64,000 nt of DNA, taken from the NCBI GenBank assembly GCA_964546285.1, contig CAZJJK010000001.1, positions 38,131 to 102,130 on the forward strand. The letters run 5' to 3'. This document shows positions 1 to 9,534 of the stretch, piece by piece. The stretch comes from an uncultured Treponema sp. (GTDB lineage: Bacteria > Spirochaetota > Spirochaetia > Treponematales > Breznakiellaceae). A model generated the notes under the pieces. It had not been told where the DNA came from, searched no databases, and saw only the letters and a program-made list of their open reading frames with translations. A program made the position numbers and the translations under genes. The stretch's first letter is position 1. Each line of letters starts with the position of its first letter.

Positions 1-495
1 AACAGCTCTTAAAGCAATAGTGTTGCCTACCCCACCACGCGGTGAATTGGCAAGTAATTCCGCTATTGGCCTACCCGGCTCTTCCATTTCAACGAGACCC
101 TTACTGACAATATTTTTGATTATGTCGTTTGCCGATTCTTTCTTCCAATCAAATAATATCGTCATTCGCCCAAGTTTTTCAAAAGACCCCTCAAGTTTGA
201 TTATCAGCGTCGGAGACGATCTGCCGTCCGGCATTCGCCAAATGATTGATTTGAGTACGACGCCTGGAATGGGTGAATGAATATCGGCCTGGCCTGGAGC
301 CTGCGCGCTGCCTAAAAGCTGCCCTTCTCTTACCCTTTCTCCTGGCTCAACTATAGGCTGACAAGGTTTACCGCTATGTTGAATCATAGGTATCACGGAA
401 AGCGCGGGTAAAAACGCTATTCTATTTGACGATTCTGACGGGGCATATATATCCTTAAGAAGAATACCCCCCTTTTTAAAACCATATATTTTCAT
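1..495 (-). CDS. rnfC: Rnf electron-transport complex subunit C (RnfC/RsxC), N-terminal 165 codons; the gene continues beyond the left edge
   Basis: Absent from the ORF track because it is truncated by the window. The reverse strand is open from ATG (495-493) to base 1: MKIYGFKKGGILLKDIYAPSESSNRIAFLPALSVIPMIQHSGKPCQPIVEPGERVREGQLLGSAQAPGQADIHSPIPGVV. This fits the conserved RnfC N-terminal pattern (GG....K; P..L.IP..QH.G.P..P.V..G..V..GQ; IH.P.SG.V). The start overlaps the upstream stop as ATGA. Confidence 0.7.
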   Translation of the reverse strand, partial: MKIYGFKKGGILLKDIYAPSESSNRIAFLPALSVIPMIQHSGKPCQPIVEPGERVREGQLLGSAQAPGQADIHSPIPGVVLKSIIWRMPDGRSSPTLIIKLEGSFEKLGRMTILFDWKKESANDIIKNIVSKGLVEMEEPGRPIAELLANSPRGGVGNTIALRAV

Positions 496-1916
496 GCCGC
501 CGCTTCCCTACGAATAAGTATAGGAGAGTATCGACGCCGCGCGGATGTGAAAGCCGCGATTGAAACTAACAACATAAGCACGCCGATAATAGCCGCTATT
601 ATCTTTACGGTCACGCCATTTTTGTTAAGAAATTTAGTACTAGAATTAACTAGAAAACGCTCAACAGGCGGCAGCTCAATCGGCTCATCCTCTATTTCAA
701 ATTTCTCTCCAGGAAGTAATAAACCGTCTGTATCTATAACAAAACCACCGTATGGCAAATGAGCTAAGGACCTAAGGCGGCTAAGCGCGAAGGATTTTTG
801 ATACGTTATATGTTTTTCATACTCTTCAATAGTTACCTCGGCATCGTTATAAATTATCGAATTGGCACTATTTGTCCTCGTTTTCGTAAAACCGTTTTGA
901 ACAACAAAGGCCGCTAAAACGACAATCGCGAACACTGGTCCTAATCTTAAAAAGAAACGGGATCTATCTATATCCTCTCTTAGGATTTTTACTGGCACAA
1001 AACGCAGTCTTGAGCGCTTCATGTTTTTTACCGCGATAATAGCGGGTACTAGAAAGGTCGCGGCGATAGCGCTTGCGGCTCCCGCCAGCGTGATAAAAAC
1101 GGGCACATCGCCAATTACGGCACCAGCCATGCCCATAGCGATAAAGCCTAGCGCAAGTGCTGACGAACTCTCATCATGAAACGTTGAAACGATAATACGC
1201 CGTAAAGCTTTCCACGTATAAGCCGTGGACATGCGCGAAGCTAAGGATATAACGAGGTCCTTAATTATTACAATACCAAGGAATAAACCTATAGCGACAG
1301 CTAAACCGCCCACCCCTAATCCGCTTAAGCCGAGAAGAGCGGGCAAAGCTGGCAGCGTTGGACGGGTATCTCCAAAAGAAAAGAACGTAATTATTACTGA
1401 GATTAAGAAAAAAATGACGCATAACCATTCAACGCGCCCTGGTAAACGCAGTTGATAGGCTATATCAGGAAGAGCCTTCCGCAGTGATTTTTTTAAAGCC
1501 GCGGCTGTTCCTTTCATAGGAAGGTATATATGACGGTATCCATCGCTATGGAAGAACAGTTTTAAGCGCTCAGCGTATCCATCATTCCTAGGATCATCTT
1601 TATCAAGCCGCTCAGAATAGTTGTCAAGCGGCACGCGCTCCAATGAGTTAAAAGCGGCGATATCGACCCATTGCGACTCTTCTGAAATAAGCCCAATAAA
1701 ACCCGACGAGCGCAATACCTTCTCTACAGACTGGCTGTCGTATGATTCCGGTATAGACAGGACAGCATAAGAAGAGGTGGCGCTATACGAAATAAGACTA
1801 GAAAGTATTTTAACAAAACCGACTAAGGCTATAAGAGCGGAAAAACAAGCAATTAGGATAATTGGATTTGAAAAACGTTGAAAAATATTCCTCATCTGCC
1901 GCCTACAGTACGGCAA
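492..1916 (-). CDS. Multi-pass membrane protein of unknown function. An N-terminal TM helix and soluble domain are followed by a Gly/Ala-rich TM bundle faintly reminiscent of RND/MMPL half-transporters
   Basis: 474-aa ORF with several clear hydrophobic helices. 4-bp ATGA overlap with rnfC downstream and 14-bp overlap with the DUF212-like gene upstream. No family recognised with certainty. Confidence 0.7.
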   Translation of the reverse strand: MPYCRRQMRNIFQRFSNPIILIACFSALIALVGFVKILSSLISYSATSSYAVLSIPESYDSQSVEKVLRSSGFIGLISEESQWVDIAAFNSLERVPLDNYSERLDKDDPRNDGYAERLKLFFHSDGYRHIYLPMKGTAAALKKSLRKALPDIAYQLRLPGRVEWLCVIFFLISVIITFFSFGDTRPTLPALPALLGLSGLGVGGLAVAIGLFLGIVIIKDLVISLASRMSTAYTWKALRRIIVSTFHDESSSALALGFIAMGMAGAVIGDVPVFITLAGAASAIAATFLVPAIIAVKNMKRSRLRFVPVKILREDIDRSRFFLRLGPVFAIVVLAAFVVQNGFTKTRTNSANSIIYNDAEVTIEEYEKHITYQKSFALSRLRSLAHLPYGGFVIDTDGLLLPGEKFEIEDEPIELPPVERFLVNSSTKFLNKNGVTVKIIAAIIGVLMLLVSIAAFTSARRRYSPILIRREAAA

Positions 1917-2349
1917 ACGCCACAGCGATAAAAAAACCGATAAAGGTACCTACTATTACTTCCAAAGGCGCGTGCCCTTGGATTTCCTTTACCGGTAAAT
2001 AGTCAATACCTATACGCTCCGCCGTCTCGGTTCCCAGCTTATTAAGCGACCGAGCCTGAAGCCCAGATGATCGCCTTACCCCAAGCGAATCGCGAATGAC
2101 GATTAGAGCTAAACATAAAGAAACAATAAAGAGATCGGAAGACAGACCATCGCGGAAACCTACCGAAGTCGTCAATGACGCCACCAACGATGAGTGGCTG
2201 GAAGGCATGCCGCCGGTTTTCCACAGCAAGGTTAAAGCTATACCCTTGGCGCTTTTCCGTGTGGTTCGCAATATAAGTATTATCGCTTTTATAAGCTGAG
2301 CTAAAAACCAACTTGTGATGCAAGATAAAAAAACCGGATTTTCAAACAT
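1903..2349 (-). CDS. Divergent PAP2 / DUF212 (YuiD-like) membrane protein
   Basis: Motifs GGMPSSHSSLVASL, IVIRDSLGVRR and GHAPLEV are typical of the DUF212 acid-phosphatase/haloperoxidase-related family. I prefer the ATG at 2349 (MFENPVF...) to the ORF-track start at 2427. Confidence 0.75.
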   Translation of the reverse strand: MFENPVFLSCITSWFLAQLIKAIILILRTTRKSAKGIALTLLWKTGGMPSSHSSLVASLTTSVGFRDGLSSDLFIVSLCLALIVIRDSLGVRRSSGLQARSLNKLGTETAERIGIDYLPVKEIQGHAPLEVIVGTFIGFFIAVAFAVL

Positions 2350-2516
2350 TGAGACGATTCCGGAGCGGTAAAAAATGTTCAATGAAGCCACATTATAACA
2401 ATCCCTTAGGCTGACACCTCTTGTCAAGAGCTAAATACCCTTGAATTTGAAATTATCTTAGTCTAAGAGCTATCGCTATTGACCCCCTTAAGCCGCCAGC
2501 ATACAGTGGATAAATT

Positions 2517-3515
2517 GTGGAGCTTTATGCCGCGGCTAATGATGCCAATCGTCGCCTGGATCGCGTTTTACGTGTTTATTTTAATACTATGCCGCTTTCC
2601 GCCATTCACCGCTTGCTCAGGCAGGGGAAAATTCGCCTTGGCGGGCGTAAAGCCTCAGCCGCCAGCCGTGTAGCGGCAGGCGATCTTATTTCTATCGATG
2701 TGGATATAATAAATGGACGTTCCGATTCAGACGCGCCAAAGTCAGCTTCCACTTCAAAACTAATCATTCTCGCTGAAACAAAACATTGGATTATTCTGTC
2801 AAAGCCGACAGGTATAGCCGTACATGGCCAATCAAGTTTGGATACCGAGCTTCGCCGCTATCTGGAGGGACGCATCGAAGCTTCGCTTTCCTTTAAGTGC
2901 GGCCCCTTACATCGATTGGATAAGGGCACAAGCGGCATAATAGTTTTTTCTAAAAGCTTGAGCGGCGCTCAAGCTTTTAGCGAAGCCCTCCAAAAGGGCG
3001 CGGTTCGTAAACGGTATATAGCCATACTAGAAGGCGCTCTTCAGGAACCCTGCCTTTGGACGGACCAATTGTATCGCGCATCGAATTCTCGTATCAGCAT
3101 TGTTTCCGTAGCGTCGTCTTCGTCACCGGGGCTATTAGCGATTTCAAAAGTATGGCCTCTCGCGTATTCGAATAAAATAGATAATCGGCCAGGAAATAAA
3201 ACGTCCCCAAATAATTATACTTTAGCTCTTGTTGAAATAGAAACTGGGCGCACCCATCAAATTCGCGCTCAGGCCGCGTCGCGCGGGCATCCTCTTGTTG
3301 GAGATCGTTTATATGGCGCTCTTCCCTGTGCACAGCCCTTTTTTCTCCACGCGTATGAACTAATCATCGATCCGTTATATGATCCGGATAAAGCGACTCC
3401 GCTTTGCGCACCGCCCCCACTGAGTTTCTTACATCACGTAAATGAATACTTTGGCCCAATGTGGAGCGATCATTTGGAAAAAGGGCTTTCCAGTGATGAA
3501 ATGCTTCGCTTATAA
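2517..3515 (+). CDS. RluA-family pseudouridine synthase with N-terminal S4 domain
   Basis: S4-like RLDRVLR...GKIRLGGRKA, catalytic HRLDKGTSGIIVFSKS and GRTHQIRAQAASRGHPLVGDRLYG. GTG start. Confidence 0.9.
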   Translation: MELYAAANDANRRLDRVLRVYFNTMPLSAIHRLLRQGKIRLGGRKASAASRVAAGDLISIDVDIINGRSDSDAPKSASTSKLIILAETKHWIILSKPTGIAVHGQSSLDTELRRYLEGRIEASLSFKCGPLHRLDKGTSGIIVFSKSLSGAQAFSEALQKGAVRKRYIAILEGALQEPCLWTDQLYRASNSRISIVSVASSSSPGLLAISKVWPLAYSNKIDNRPGNKTSPNNYTLALVEIETGRTHQIRAQAASRGHPLVGDRLYGALPCAQPFFLHAYELIIDPLYDPDKATPLCAPPPLSFLHHVNEYFGPMWSDHLEKGLSSDEMLRL

Positions 3516-3523
3516 TTATATAT

Positions 3524-4399
3524 ATGCTACGCACCTTCAGCGATCTGTATTGGCTCATCAAAGGCGTGCGCGTATACGCTCTTGTCGGAGAGAGCGGCAC
3601 GGGAAAAAGTTTTAGGGCAAAACTTCTAGCCCAAAAATTTGGTCTTGACCTTATTATCGATGACGGTCTTTTGATTAGAAATGATCGTATTTTAGCTGGC
3701 CATTCCGCTAAAAAGGAAAAGACTTTTTTAGCCGCGGTCAAAGTAGCTCTATTCGACAATAAGGCTCATCGGGATGAGGTCGCTAAGCGCTTAACCAATG
3801 AACGCTTTAAAAAAATATTAGTGATTGGAACATCGATTAAAATGGTTAATAAAATAGCCGCTCGTCTTCAATTACCTCAACCATCAAAAATCATTAAAAT
3901 TGAGGATATCGCGACTCAGGAAGAAATAGAGCACGCTATCAGATCACGTAATGTTGAGGGCAAACATGTCATTCCCGTACCCTCTATTGAAATAAAAAGA
4001 AATTACCCAAATATTTTTTATGACGCTATACGCGTTTTCTTAAAACGCGGCATGCGAACGCCGCTTTCCATGGTCAATGACCCTAAAGTTTATGAAAAAG
4101 CTGTCGTTAGACCGGAATATTCAAAACGCGGTCATGTCAGCATATCGGAAGCGGCGCTTAGTCAGATGGTCATTCATTGCGTTGATGAATTCAACCAGAA
4201 CATACGAATAAAAAAAATTGTGGTAAAAAGCGACGGAGCAGGTTATCGTTTAGTAATCACCATTGATGTGCCCTATGGGACACAGCTTTCTGGGGATATT
4301 CATGAATTACAGCGTTATTTAGTGGAGAATATTGAACGATATACTGGTATACTGATCGAGGAAGTTAACATTATCATCGACCGTATATCACAATCATGA
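3524..4399 (+). CDS. Fusion protein: N-terminal P-loop NTPase/kinase-like domain plus C-terminal Asp23/Gls24-like domain
   Basis: Walker A VGESGTGKSF near the N-terminus. The C-terminal ~100 aa (HVSISEAALSQMVIHCV...VPYGTQLSGDIHELQRYLVENIERYTGILIEEVNIIIDRI) follows the Asp23 (DUF322) pattern. No Shine-Dalgarno sequence in the 8 nt after the rluA-type stop. Confidence 0.75.
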   Translation: MLRTFSDLYWLIKGVRVYALVGESGTGKSFRAKLLAQKFGLDLIIDDGLLIRNDRILAGHSAKKEKTFLAAVKVALFDNKAHRDEVAKRLTNERFKKILVIGTSIKMVNKIAARLQLPQPSKIIKIEDIATQEEIEHAIRSRNVEGKHVIPVPSIEIKRNYPNIFYDAIRVFLKRGMRTPLSMVNDPKVYEKAVVRPEYSKRGHVSISEAALSQMVIHCVDEFNQNIRIKKIVVKSDGAGYRLVITIDVPYGTQLSGDIHELQRYLVENIERYTGILIEEVNIIIDRISQS

Positions 4400-4421
4400 G
4401 GATGAACTTAAGGAGGATACG

Positions 4422-5597
4422 ATGAAACGATTGGCGATGGCCGTAGCTATCCTAATTATCGCGGTCGCGTTCATGTCGGCCCAAAACGCCGACGCCGATC
4501 TCGCGACAGCCACAGGCGTCTATTATGAAGTAAGGTCGGAATTGGGGGCAGCTGACGCCCAGGCTTTAGCCCAGGAAATGGATTTACGCTTCGCGGTGTT
4601 TGAACGTCTTTTCCGCTTCGACTCAAAACGACTTTCGGGAAAGCTGAAAGTTCGGGCATATAAGAACGAAACCAGTTTTGATCAATATTTGTTGACCACG
4701 CTCGGTGAAACCCGAGACGGCGCCACCTATCTGCACTACTCCCGTCCAGAACGTTCCGAGCTAGTGGTCGTTAGAGATGGCAGCGCCGCTTCCGAACGAG
4801 CGAAGGCCCATCAAGCCTTTGTCCAATATATCCGCGCCTTTGTACCAAACCCGCCGGCCTGGATACGCGAAGGCTTCGCCATTTTCTTTGAAACTGTCGC
4901 TTACGATCCTGAAAAAAAGGCGCTGAACTATGAGGAAAACCTGGCTTGGCTTGAAACCGTAAAAGGCTGGAAAAGCGACGCGCCGAGCATCGCCAATTTA
5001 CTCCTAGCGGAAGAAAGCGGCGCCGTGAAATTGTCCACTCTCCAACCGGCGTCTTGGGCCCTCGTGTCTTTCCTCTTGAACGCCGATCAAGAAGATTATC
5101 GCCGATTTCTCTATGAAAGTTTTATGTTGCTTGACAGCGAAGCCGCTTCCACCACTAACGCTCGCGTTATCGCCGAACGGGGCGCCGCCTGGATTGACCC
5201 CGATACAGCCGCTTCAGAATATTCCGCCTATCTCGCCTCTCGTCGGACTTTCGCTGAATTGATAGAGGATGGCAGGGCCGCGTACGCCGCCAAGGATCCA
5301 TCGGCCGCTGAAAAAGCTTTCTTAGCCGCCGCTGAATTAAGACCGTCTCATTACGCGCCGCATTATTACCTAGGTTTGTTAGCGTATGAAAAAAAGGATT
5401 ATACCGTCGCCGAGAACCATTACCGCTCAGCGATGACGCTTGGCGCCGATGAAGCGTTAGTGTCTTACGCGCTTGGCGTTAACGCGGCGGCTGATGGCCG
5501 AGGTGAGGACGCGAAAGCCTTCCTTCAAAAAGCCAAAGCCTCTTCTCCAGATCGCTATGCGGTAAAGGTAGATGAACTTTTAGCTCGAATCAGATAA
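4422..5597 (+). CDS. Secreted protein with a DUF1570-like (peptidase-MA-like, apparently degenerate) core and C-terminal TPR repeats
   Basis: Signal peptide MKRLAMAVAILIIAVAFMSA|Q. AHQAFVQY...PAWIREGFAIFFE resembles the HEAFHQ...P.WL.EGLA.YFE arrangement of DUF1570. TPR-like YYLGLLAYEKKDY...YRSAM. GGAGGA RBS upstream. Confidence 0.6.
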   Translation: MKRLAMAVAILIIAVAFMSAQNADADLATATGVYYEVRSELGAADAQALAQEMDLRFAVFERLFRFDSKRLSGKLKVRAYKNETSFDQYLLTTLGETRDGATYLHYSRPERSELVVVRDGSAASERAKAHQAFVQYIRAFVPNPPAWIREGFAIFFETVAYDPEKKALNYEENLAWLETVKGWKSDAPSIANLLLAEESGAVKLSTLQPASWALVSFLLNADQEDYRRFLYESFMLLDSEAASTTNARVIAERGAAWIDPDTAASEYSAYLASRRTFAELIEDGRAAYAAKDPSAAEKAFLAAAELRPSHYAPHYYLGLLAYEKKDYTVAENHYRSAMTLGADEALVSYALGVNAAADGRGEDAKAFLQKAKASSPDRYAVKVDELLARIR

Positions 5598-5652
5598 TTA
5601 AGGCGGACGCCTTTATACGGCTCCAATTTTTAATTCTGATATTTTCTTAAAG

Positions 5653-5701
5653 CTGAGCCTCTTTCAAAACCAAGCGTGTTTTGAAAGAGGCTCAGTGTTT
5701 T
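5653..5701 (+). terminator. Rho-independent terminator between convergent genes; also a member of the TTCAAAA/TTTTGAA hairpin repeat family
   Basis: Perfect 18-bp stem ctgagcctctttcaaaac / gttttgaaagaggctcag (5653-5670 / 5678-5695), 7-nt loop, followed by a TTTT run. Confidence 0.7.
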
Positions 5702-5758
5702 AGATCTTTAATAGCTTGAGTCTATTATACCACGGGTGCGAACGCGCTATTAGCGTCT

Positions 5759-6994
5759 TTACTCTGTCTCTTTCGTCGCCAAGTCTAGGTTTTCAAGCGC
5801 AGAGCTTTCAAGCGTAGAGCTTGGTCTTGCCGTACGCGAACGCCGACGACGGCGTTTTTTTATTGTCTGGCCGCTTTCAGGTGGAGCGTTAGGCGACTCA
5901 CAATTCGCTCTTGAGCGAAAATCAGTTGGTCTGCGTTTTTTATGTATTAAGCCCTTACTTTGAAAGACAAAACGCACAGCTTCCTCCAATTCCATTCTAG
6001 GAGGATTAATTGGAGAGATAAAACCACGAGCGGCCTTGAGCGCCGACTTAAAAGGATCCACATCAGGGAATCGCCAATTTACCTCTTCGTCAAGGAAGTC
6101 TCGTATCAGATGAAATAATAAATCACCACTACGAAGTTCCCGATCACCTCTTACTTTTTTGTCAAGTTCCTCTAAACTAAGCTGGTACGCGGCGCTAAAA
6201 CGAGAGGAGCTATTTATGGCCTTTACGGCGTTTGGCTGGATATATCGATATAGACCAAAAGTATGTAAATTATTGATTATTTTTTGAGCGCAACCGCTTT
6301 TAACAATTTTAAGCACTTCCTCCGTCAATCTAGAAGCCGAAATAGATGATAATAGCGGAGCTTGGGCCTTGATTCTCCAACGTAAAGCCAAAGGCAATTT
6401 AAAATCAGTCATTGCCGCGTATTTTATAGCCCGTATCATTCTAACGGGATCATCCACAAAGATGACCGCCAAAGGGATGACCGGCTTCATGCGTTTTCGT
6501 CTGATATCTAACACACCGCCAACATAATCAACCACGGTTTGATCTTGAGGATCATAAAACAACGCGTTAAGACTAAAATCACGTCGTTGAACATCATCCT
6601 CAATACAGCCATAGGTATTGCTTGTCGTTCCATCTTGAAGTGAACGGAACGTGGCGACTTCAAATATTTTTTGACCAAAAAAGACATGAACCAAACGAAA
6701 GCGCCGACCAATTACCCTGGAATTTCGGAATAGGCGTTTTATTCTTGAGGGGGTCGCATCACTTACGATATCGAAATCCTTTGGTTTTTTGCCGAGCATT
6801 AGATCCCTAACCGCTCCGCCGACAATATACGCGCAATGACCATTAGCTTTTAAACGTTCAATTATTCGAGTAGCGTCATAATCAACATTTTCACGGCTGA
6901 TACCATGTTCTTCGCGGTTGTAAACCAAGGCCTTCTTTACGGCCCGGCCGGTTCCGGCCGATGTATAACGGATTCGCAAATACTTCCTCTTCAT
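5759..6994 (-). CDS. pcnB: Poly(A) polymerase I / tRNA nucleotidyltransferase family, PcnB-like, with a basic C-terminal tail
   Basis: AYIVGGAVRDLMLGKKPKDFDIVSDATPSRIKRLFRNSRVIGRRFRLVHVFFGQKIFEVATFR closely parallels the E. coli PcnB head domain. Arg/Lys-rich C-terminus. Confidence 0.85.
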   Translation of the reverse strand: MKRKYLRIRYTSAGTGRAVKKALVYNREEHGISRENVDYDATRIIERLKANGHCAYIVGGAVRDLMLGKKPKDFDIVSDATPSRIKRLFRNSRVIGRRFRLVHVFFGQKIFEVATFRSLQDGTTSNTYGCIEDDVQRRDFSLNALFYDPQDQTVVDYVGGVLDIRRKRMKPVIPLAVIFVDDPVRMIRAIKYAAMTDFKLPLALRWRIKAQAPLLSSISASRLTEEVLKIVKSGCAQKIINNLHTFGLYRYIQPNAVKAINSSSRFSAAYQLSLEELDKKVRGDRELRSGDLLFHLIRDFLDEEVNWRFPDVDPFKSALKAARGFISPINPPRMELEEAVRFVFQSKGLIHKKRRPTDFRSRANCESPNAPPESGQTIKKRRRRRSRTARPSSTLESSALENLDLATKETE

Positions 6995-7085
6995 CAGGGC
7001 TGGGCGGCGGTACTCTTTCCGATCCCTGCCACGCTGTTTCTAAGTTAATATGGTACGCTTAGTTCTATTAAAACTCAAACGCGCC

Positions 7086-8108
7086 TTATATATTGCCTGT
7101 ATCAATATTGTGCGTCGGCGCCGTCCGAACGTCAAGCCAGGATCGAATATCGCTTAATACCTTGTCTCGATTTGTCTCATTTATCAATTCATGCCTAGCG
7201 TCAGGATAGATAATGGTCTCAACATCGGTACAACCAATAGACTTATAATAATTCCCCAGCCATTTTGGTCCGCTCCCTTTACCGCCAACCGGATCTTCGC
7301 CGCCCGCTATTAAAAACAACGGTATGTTTTTTGGCATATTTTCCATACACGCGCTACTTCCCAAATAGCGTAAGCCGCCAATGAGATCACGATAAAAGCC
7401 AGCCGAACAACGAAAACCACATAGAGGATCAGCGATATATGCCTTAACCAGCTCGGTGTCGCGCGAAATCCAATCAAAATCGCTATGCCGTTCTTTTATA
7501 GCTTTCGCGTAAGCGCCGTCCGCCAAACGCCATAAAAGCGTAGATTGATGGCGAGGCCCTCGGATTCCGCATAGTATATTAGCGATAAGCTGCCCAGCGT
7601 TTAATTCAAAGCCACCGCGCCCCTTTGTGCCTGATAATATACAGCCGGCCAGGGTATGTCCGCTTTTTTCATCTGGAAGAGCCGATAAACAGAGCCTCGC
7701 CCGCGCTAAAAAGGACCCCCAAGAATGTCCAAAAAGAAAAAGCGGAACCTTGGGCCTAAAACCCGCTATTAAACGTTCAATACCGACAAGATCCAAGGCC
7801 GCCTTACTAAAAGCGTTTTCATCCGCGACATGGCCAAGCAGACTGCCGCGATCAAGGCGCTTCAAGTCCCCATCCGCCGTCCTTCCATGCCCTCTGTGAT
7901 CAAGCGCCCAGGTTTCATAGCCGGCGGAAGCCATATACGCGGCGAATAGACTATAGCGCGCGGAATGTTCCATCATGCCGTGGGATACTAAAATGACACC
8001 GCGCGGCGCCTCTTCCAATCGCCAACACCTTAAGCGTAGCGTCATTCCGTCATCCGATTCATAAACCAGAGTATCTTCTTCTCTCATAAATTTATAATAC
8101 CCATCCAA
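7086..8108 (-). CDS. Alpha/beta hydrolase (lysophospholipase / monoacylglycerol-lipase-like)
   Basis: HGMMEHSARY, LDHRGHGRT, nucleophile elbow GHSWGS and a C-terminal ...DARHEL... His motif. Confidence 0.8.
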   Translation of the reverse strand: MDGYYKFMREEDTLVYESDDGMTLRLRCWRLEEAPRGVILVSHGMMEHSARYSLFAAYMASAGYETWALDHRGHGRTADGDLKRLDRGSLLGHVADENAFSKAALDLVGIERLIAGFRPKVPLFLFGHSWGSFLARARLCLSALPDEKSGHTLAGCILSGTKGRGGFELNAGQLIANILCGIRGPRHQSTLLWRLADGAYAKAIKERHSDFDWISRDTELVKAYIADPLCGFRCSAGFYRDLIGGLRYLGSSACMENMPKNIPLFLIAGGEDPVGGKGSGPKWLGNYYKSIGCTDVETIIYPDARHELINETNRDKVLSDIRSWLDVRTAPTHNIDTGNI

Positions 8109-8232
8109 TTTAGTGGTCTATAAAGGTTCATCCAAAACCCGCTTACTTTCGTAAAAGCTCCCGCGGTTTTATTGCAAATAACCCTATATACTTCAATACA
8201 TATAATAGCATTAAAACCGCGCTAGCCATTAC

Positions 8233-8273
8233 AGTTGAATTTCAAAAGTCTGAGACTTTTAAAATTCGCCTCT
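8233..8273. repeat. Palindromic intergenic repeat, copy B
   Basis: gaatttcaaaagtc tga gacttttaaaattc followed by gcctct. Related to copies at 5653, 19789 and 63954. Lies between divergently transcribed genes, so it is not acting as their terminator. Confidence 0.5.
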
Positions 8274-8346
8274 AAGTTCTTGATATTAGTATAAGCCAAA
8301 AATAAACCATTCCGCTATAAAAAGTCGTTTTCTTTTTCCTTTATTC

Positions 8347-9534
8347 TTGAGACGATTTCAAATAGCGCTGAGGCGCTGTATACTACGATCCATGATGGTC
8401 GGCCAAATTATTGAAACCACTATAGAAACGATCGCGGCTGGCGGTTTTGGCGTTGGTCATATAAATGAGCGACCGGTTTTTATCGCTTTTACCGCTCCTG
8501 GTGATATTGTAAAAGCAAGGATTACCGAAAACCGGGGGACTTTTCTTAAAGCTGAGCTTGACTCTATCGTTGTCGCTTCCAAATATAGGGTTGAAGCGCT
8601 CTGTCCCCATTATGGCGAATGCGGCGGCTGTTCGTTGCAGCACTTGGATATGACAAGCCAAACCAACGCTAAAATCAAAATTACACAAGAATTATGCCGC
8701 CGGATTGGGGCTTTTGACGCTCCAGCTATTACTTTATTTCCTTCACCTAGCTACGCTTATCGCAACCGTATGCGTTTCCATCGCGTTAGGCGGCGAAATG
8801 AGTGGCTTGTTGGCTTAAAACGTTGGCATAGCGATGAGCTTCTACGCGTCTCAGACTGCCCTATCGCTGATACTCGCATTCAGCAAGCCTTACGATCAGG
8901 CGACTTAGAGACCGCAAACACGGCGGAACGGCTGAACGTTTTTTCTTTTCCACCGCTTTTCTTAATGGAAGGCACGCGGGAGCGCGGTTCTATAACTATT
9001 AGCGGTAAACAAATAACGGTGGACATACATTGTTTTTTTCAAAGCAATGTCACTGTTTTAGAGACTTTAATTGAGCAGCTTATGTACGCCGCGAATAACG
9101 CTCCAAAAAAAAATAGAGCCTTGGATCTGTATGGCGGCGTTGGCACTTTTTCGCTCTTTCTCGCGGATCTTTTTGATGCTATCGATATTGTTGAACGTGA
9201 ACGCCGAGCTATCAGCGTCGCGCGAAGCGTACTCGGTGCTAGAGCCGCTTATTACGCGATAAACGACACTGAATGGACAAAATTGCCGGAAAGCCGGGCC
9301 GCGTATGATTTTATCGTGGCTGACCCCCCTAGGGGAGGCTTATCAACGCATATATTGGACTGGTTGGCCTGTATCCGCCCACCGATGTTTGCTTATGTAT
9401 CATGCAACGCGGCTACCTTTTCACGAGATGCCGGTGAACTACTGCGAAAGGGGTTTAAGCTAAGTTCATTAGCTCTCTTCGATTTTTATCCGCAAACCGC
9501 ACACACGGAAACTCTGGCTATTTTTCAGACCTAG
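8347..9534 (+). CDS. 23S rRNA (uracil-5)-methyltransferase, RumA/RlmD family (TRAM + Fe-S + SAM MTase)
   Basis: TRAM-like GQIIETTIETIAAGGFGVGH, Cys cluster CPHYGECGGCSLQH plus SDCP, SAM motif ALDLYGGVGTFSLFLA and catalytic YVSCNAATFSRD. The ORF-track start is TTG 8347; ATG 8392 (MMVGQII) is an equally plausible start. Confidence 0.85.
   Translation: MRRFQIALRRCILRSMMVGQIIETTIETIAAGGFGVGHINERPVFIAFTAPGDIVKARITENRGTFLKAELDSIVVASKYRVEALCPHYGECGGCSLQHLDMTSQTNAKIKITQELCRRIGAFDAPAITLFPSPSYAYRNRMRFHRVRRRNEWLVGLKRWHSDELLRVSDCPIADTRIQQALRSGDLETANTAERLNVFSFPPLFLMEGTRERGSITISGKQITVDIHCFFQSNVTVLETLIEQLMYAANNAPKKNRALDLYGGVGTFSLFLADLFDAIDIVERERRAISVARSVLGARAAYYAINDTEWTKLPESRAAYDFIVADPPRGGLSTHILDWLACIRPPMFAYVSCNAATFSRDAGELLRKGFKLSSLALFDFYPQTAHTETLAIFQT

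Noticed and set aside
20-280. 86-aa plus-strand ORF at the left edge
   Set aside because: It lies antisense to the much better supported rnfC N-terminal coding frame and has no recognisable motifs.
9105-9113. A9 homopolymer inside the RumA-like gene (plus several A8/T8 runs elsewhere) as possible phase-variation switches
   Set aside because: The runs are short, code for Lys-Lys-Asn in an intact frame of a housekeeping gene, and no poly-G/C tracts or truncated frames are seen.
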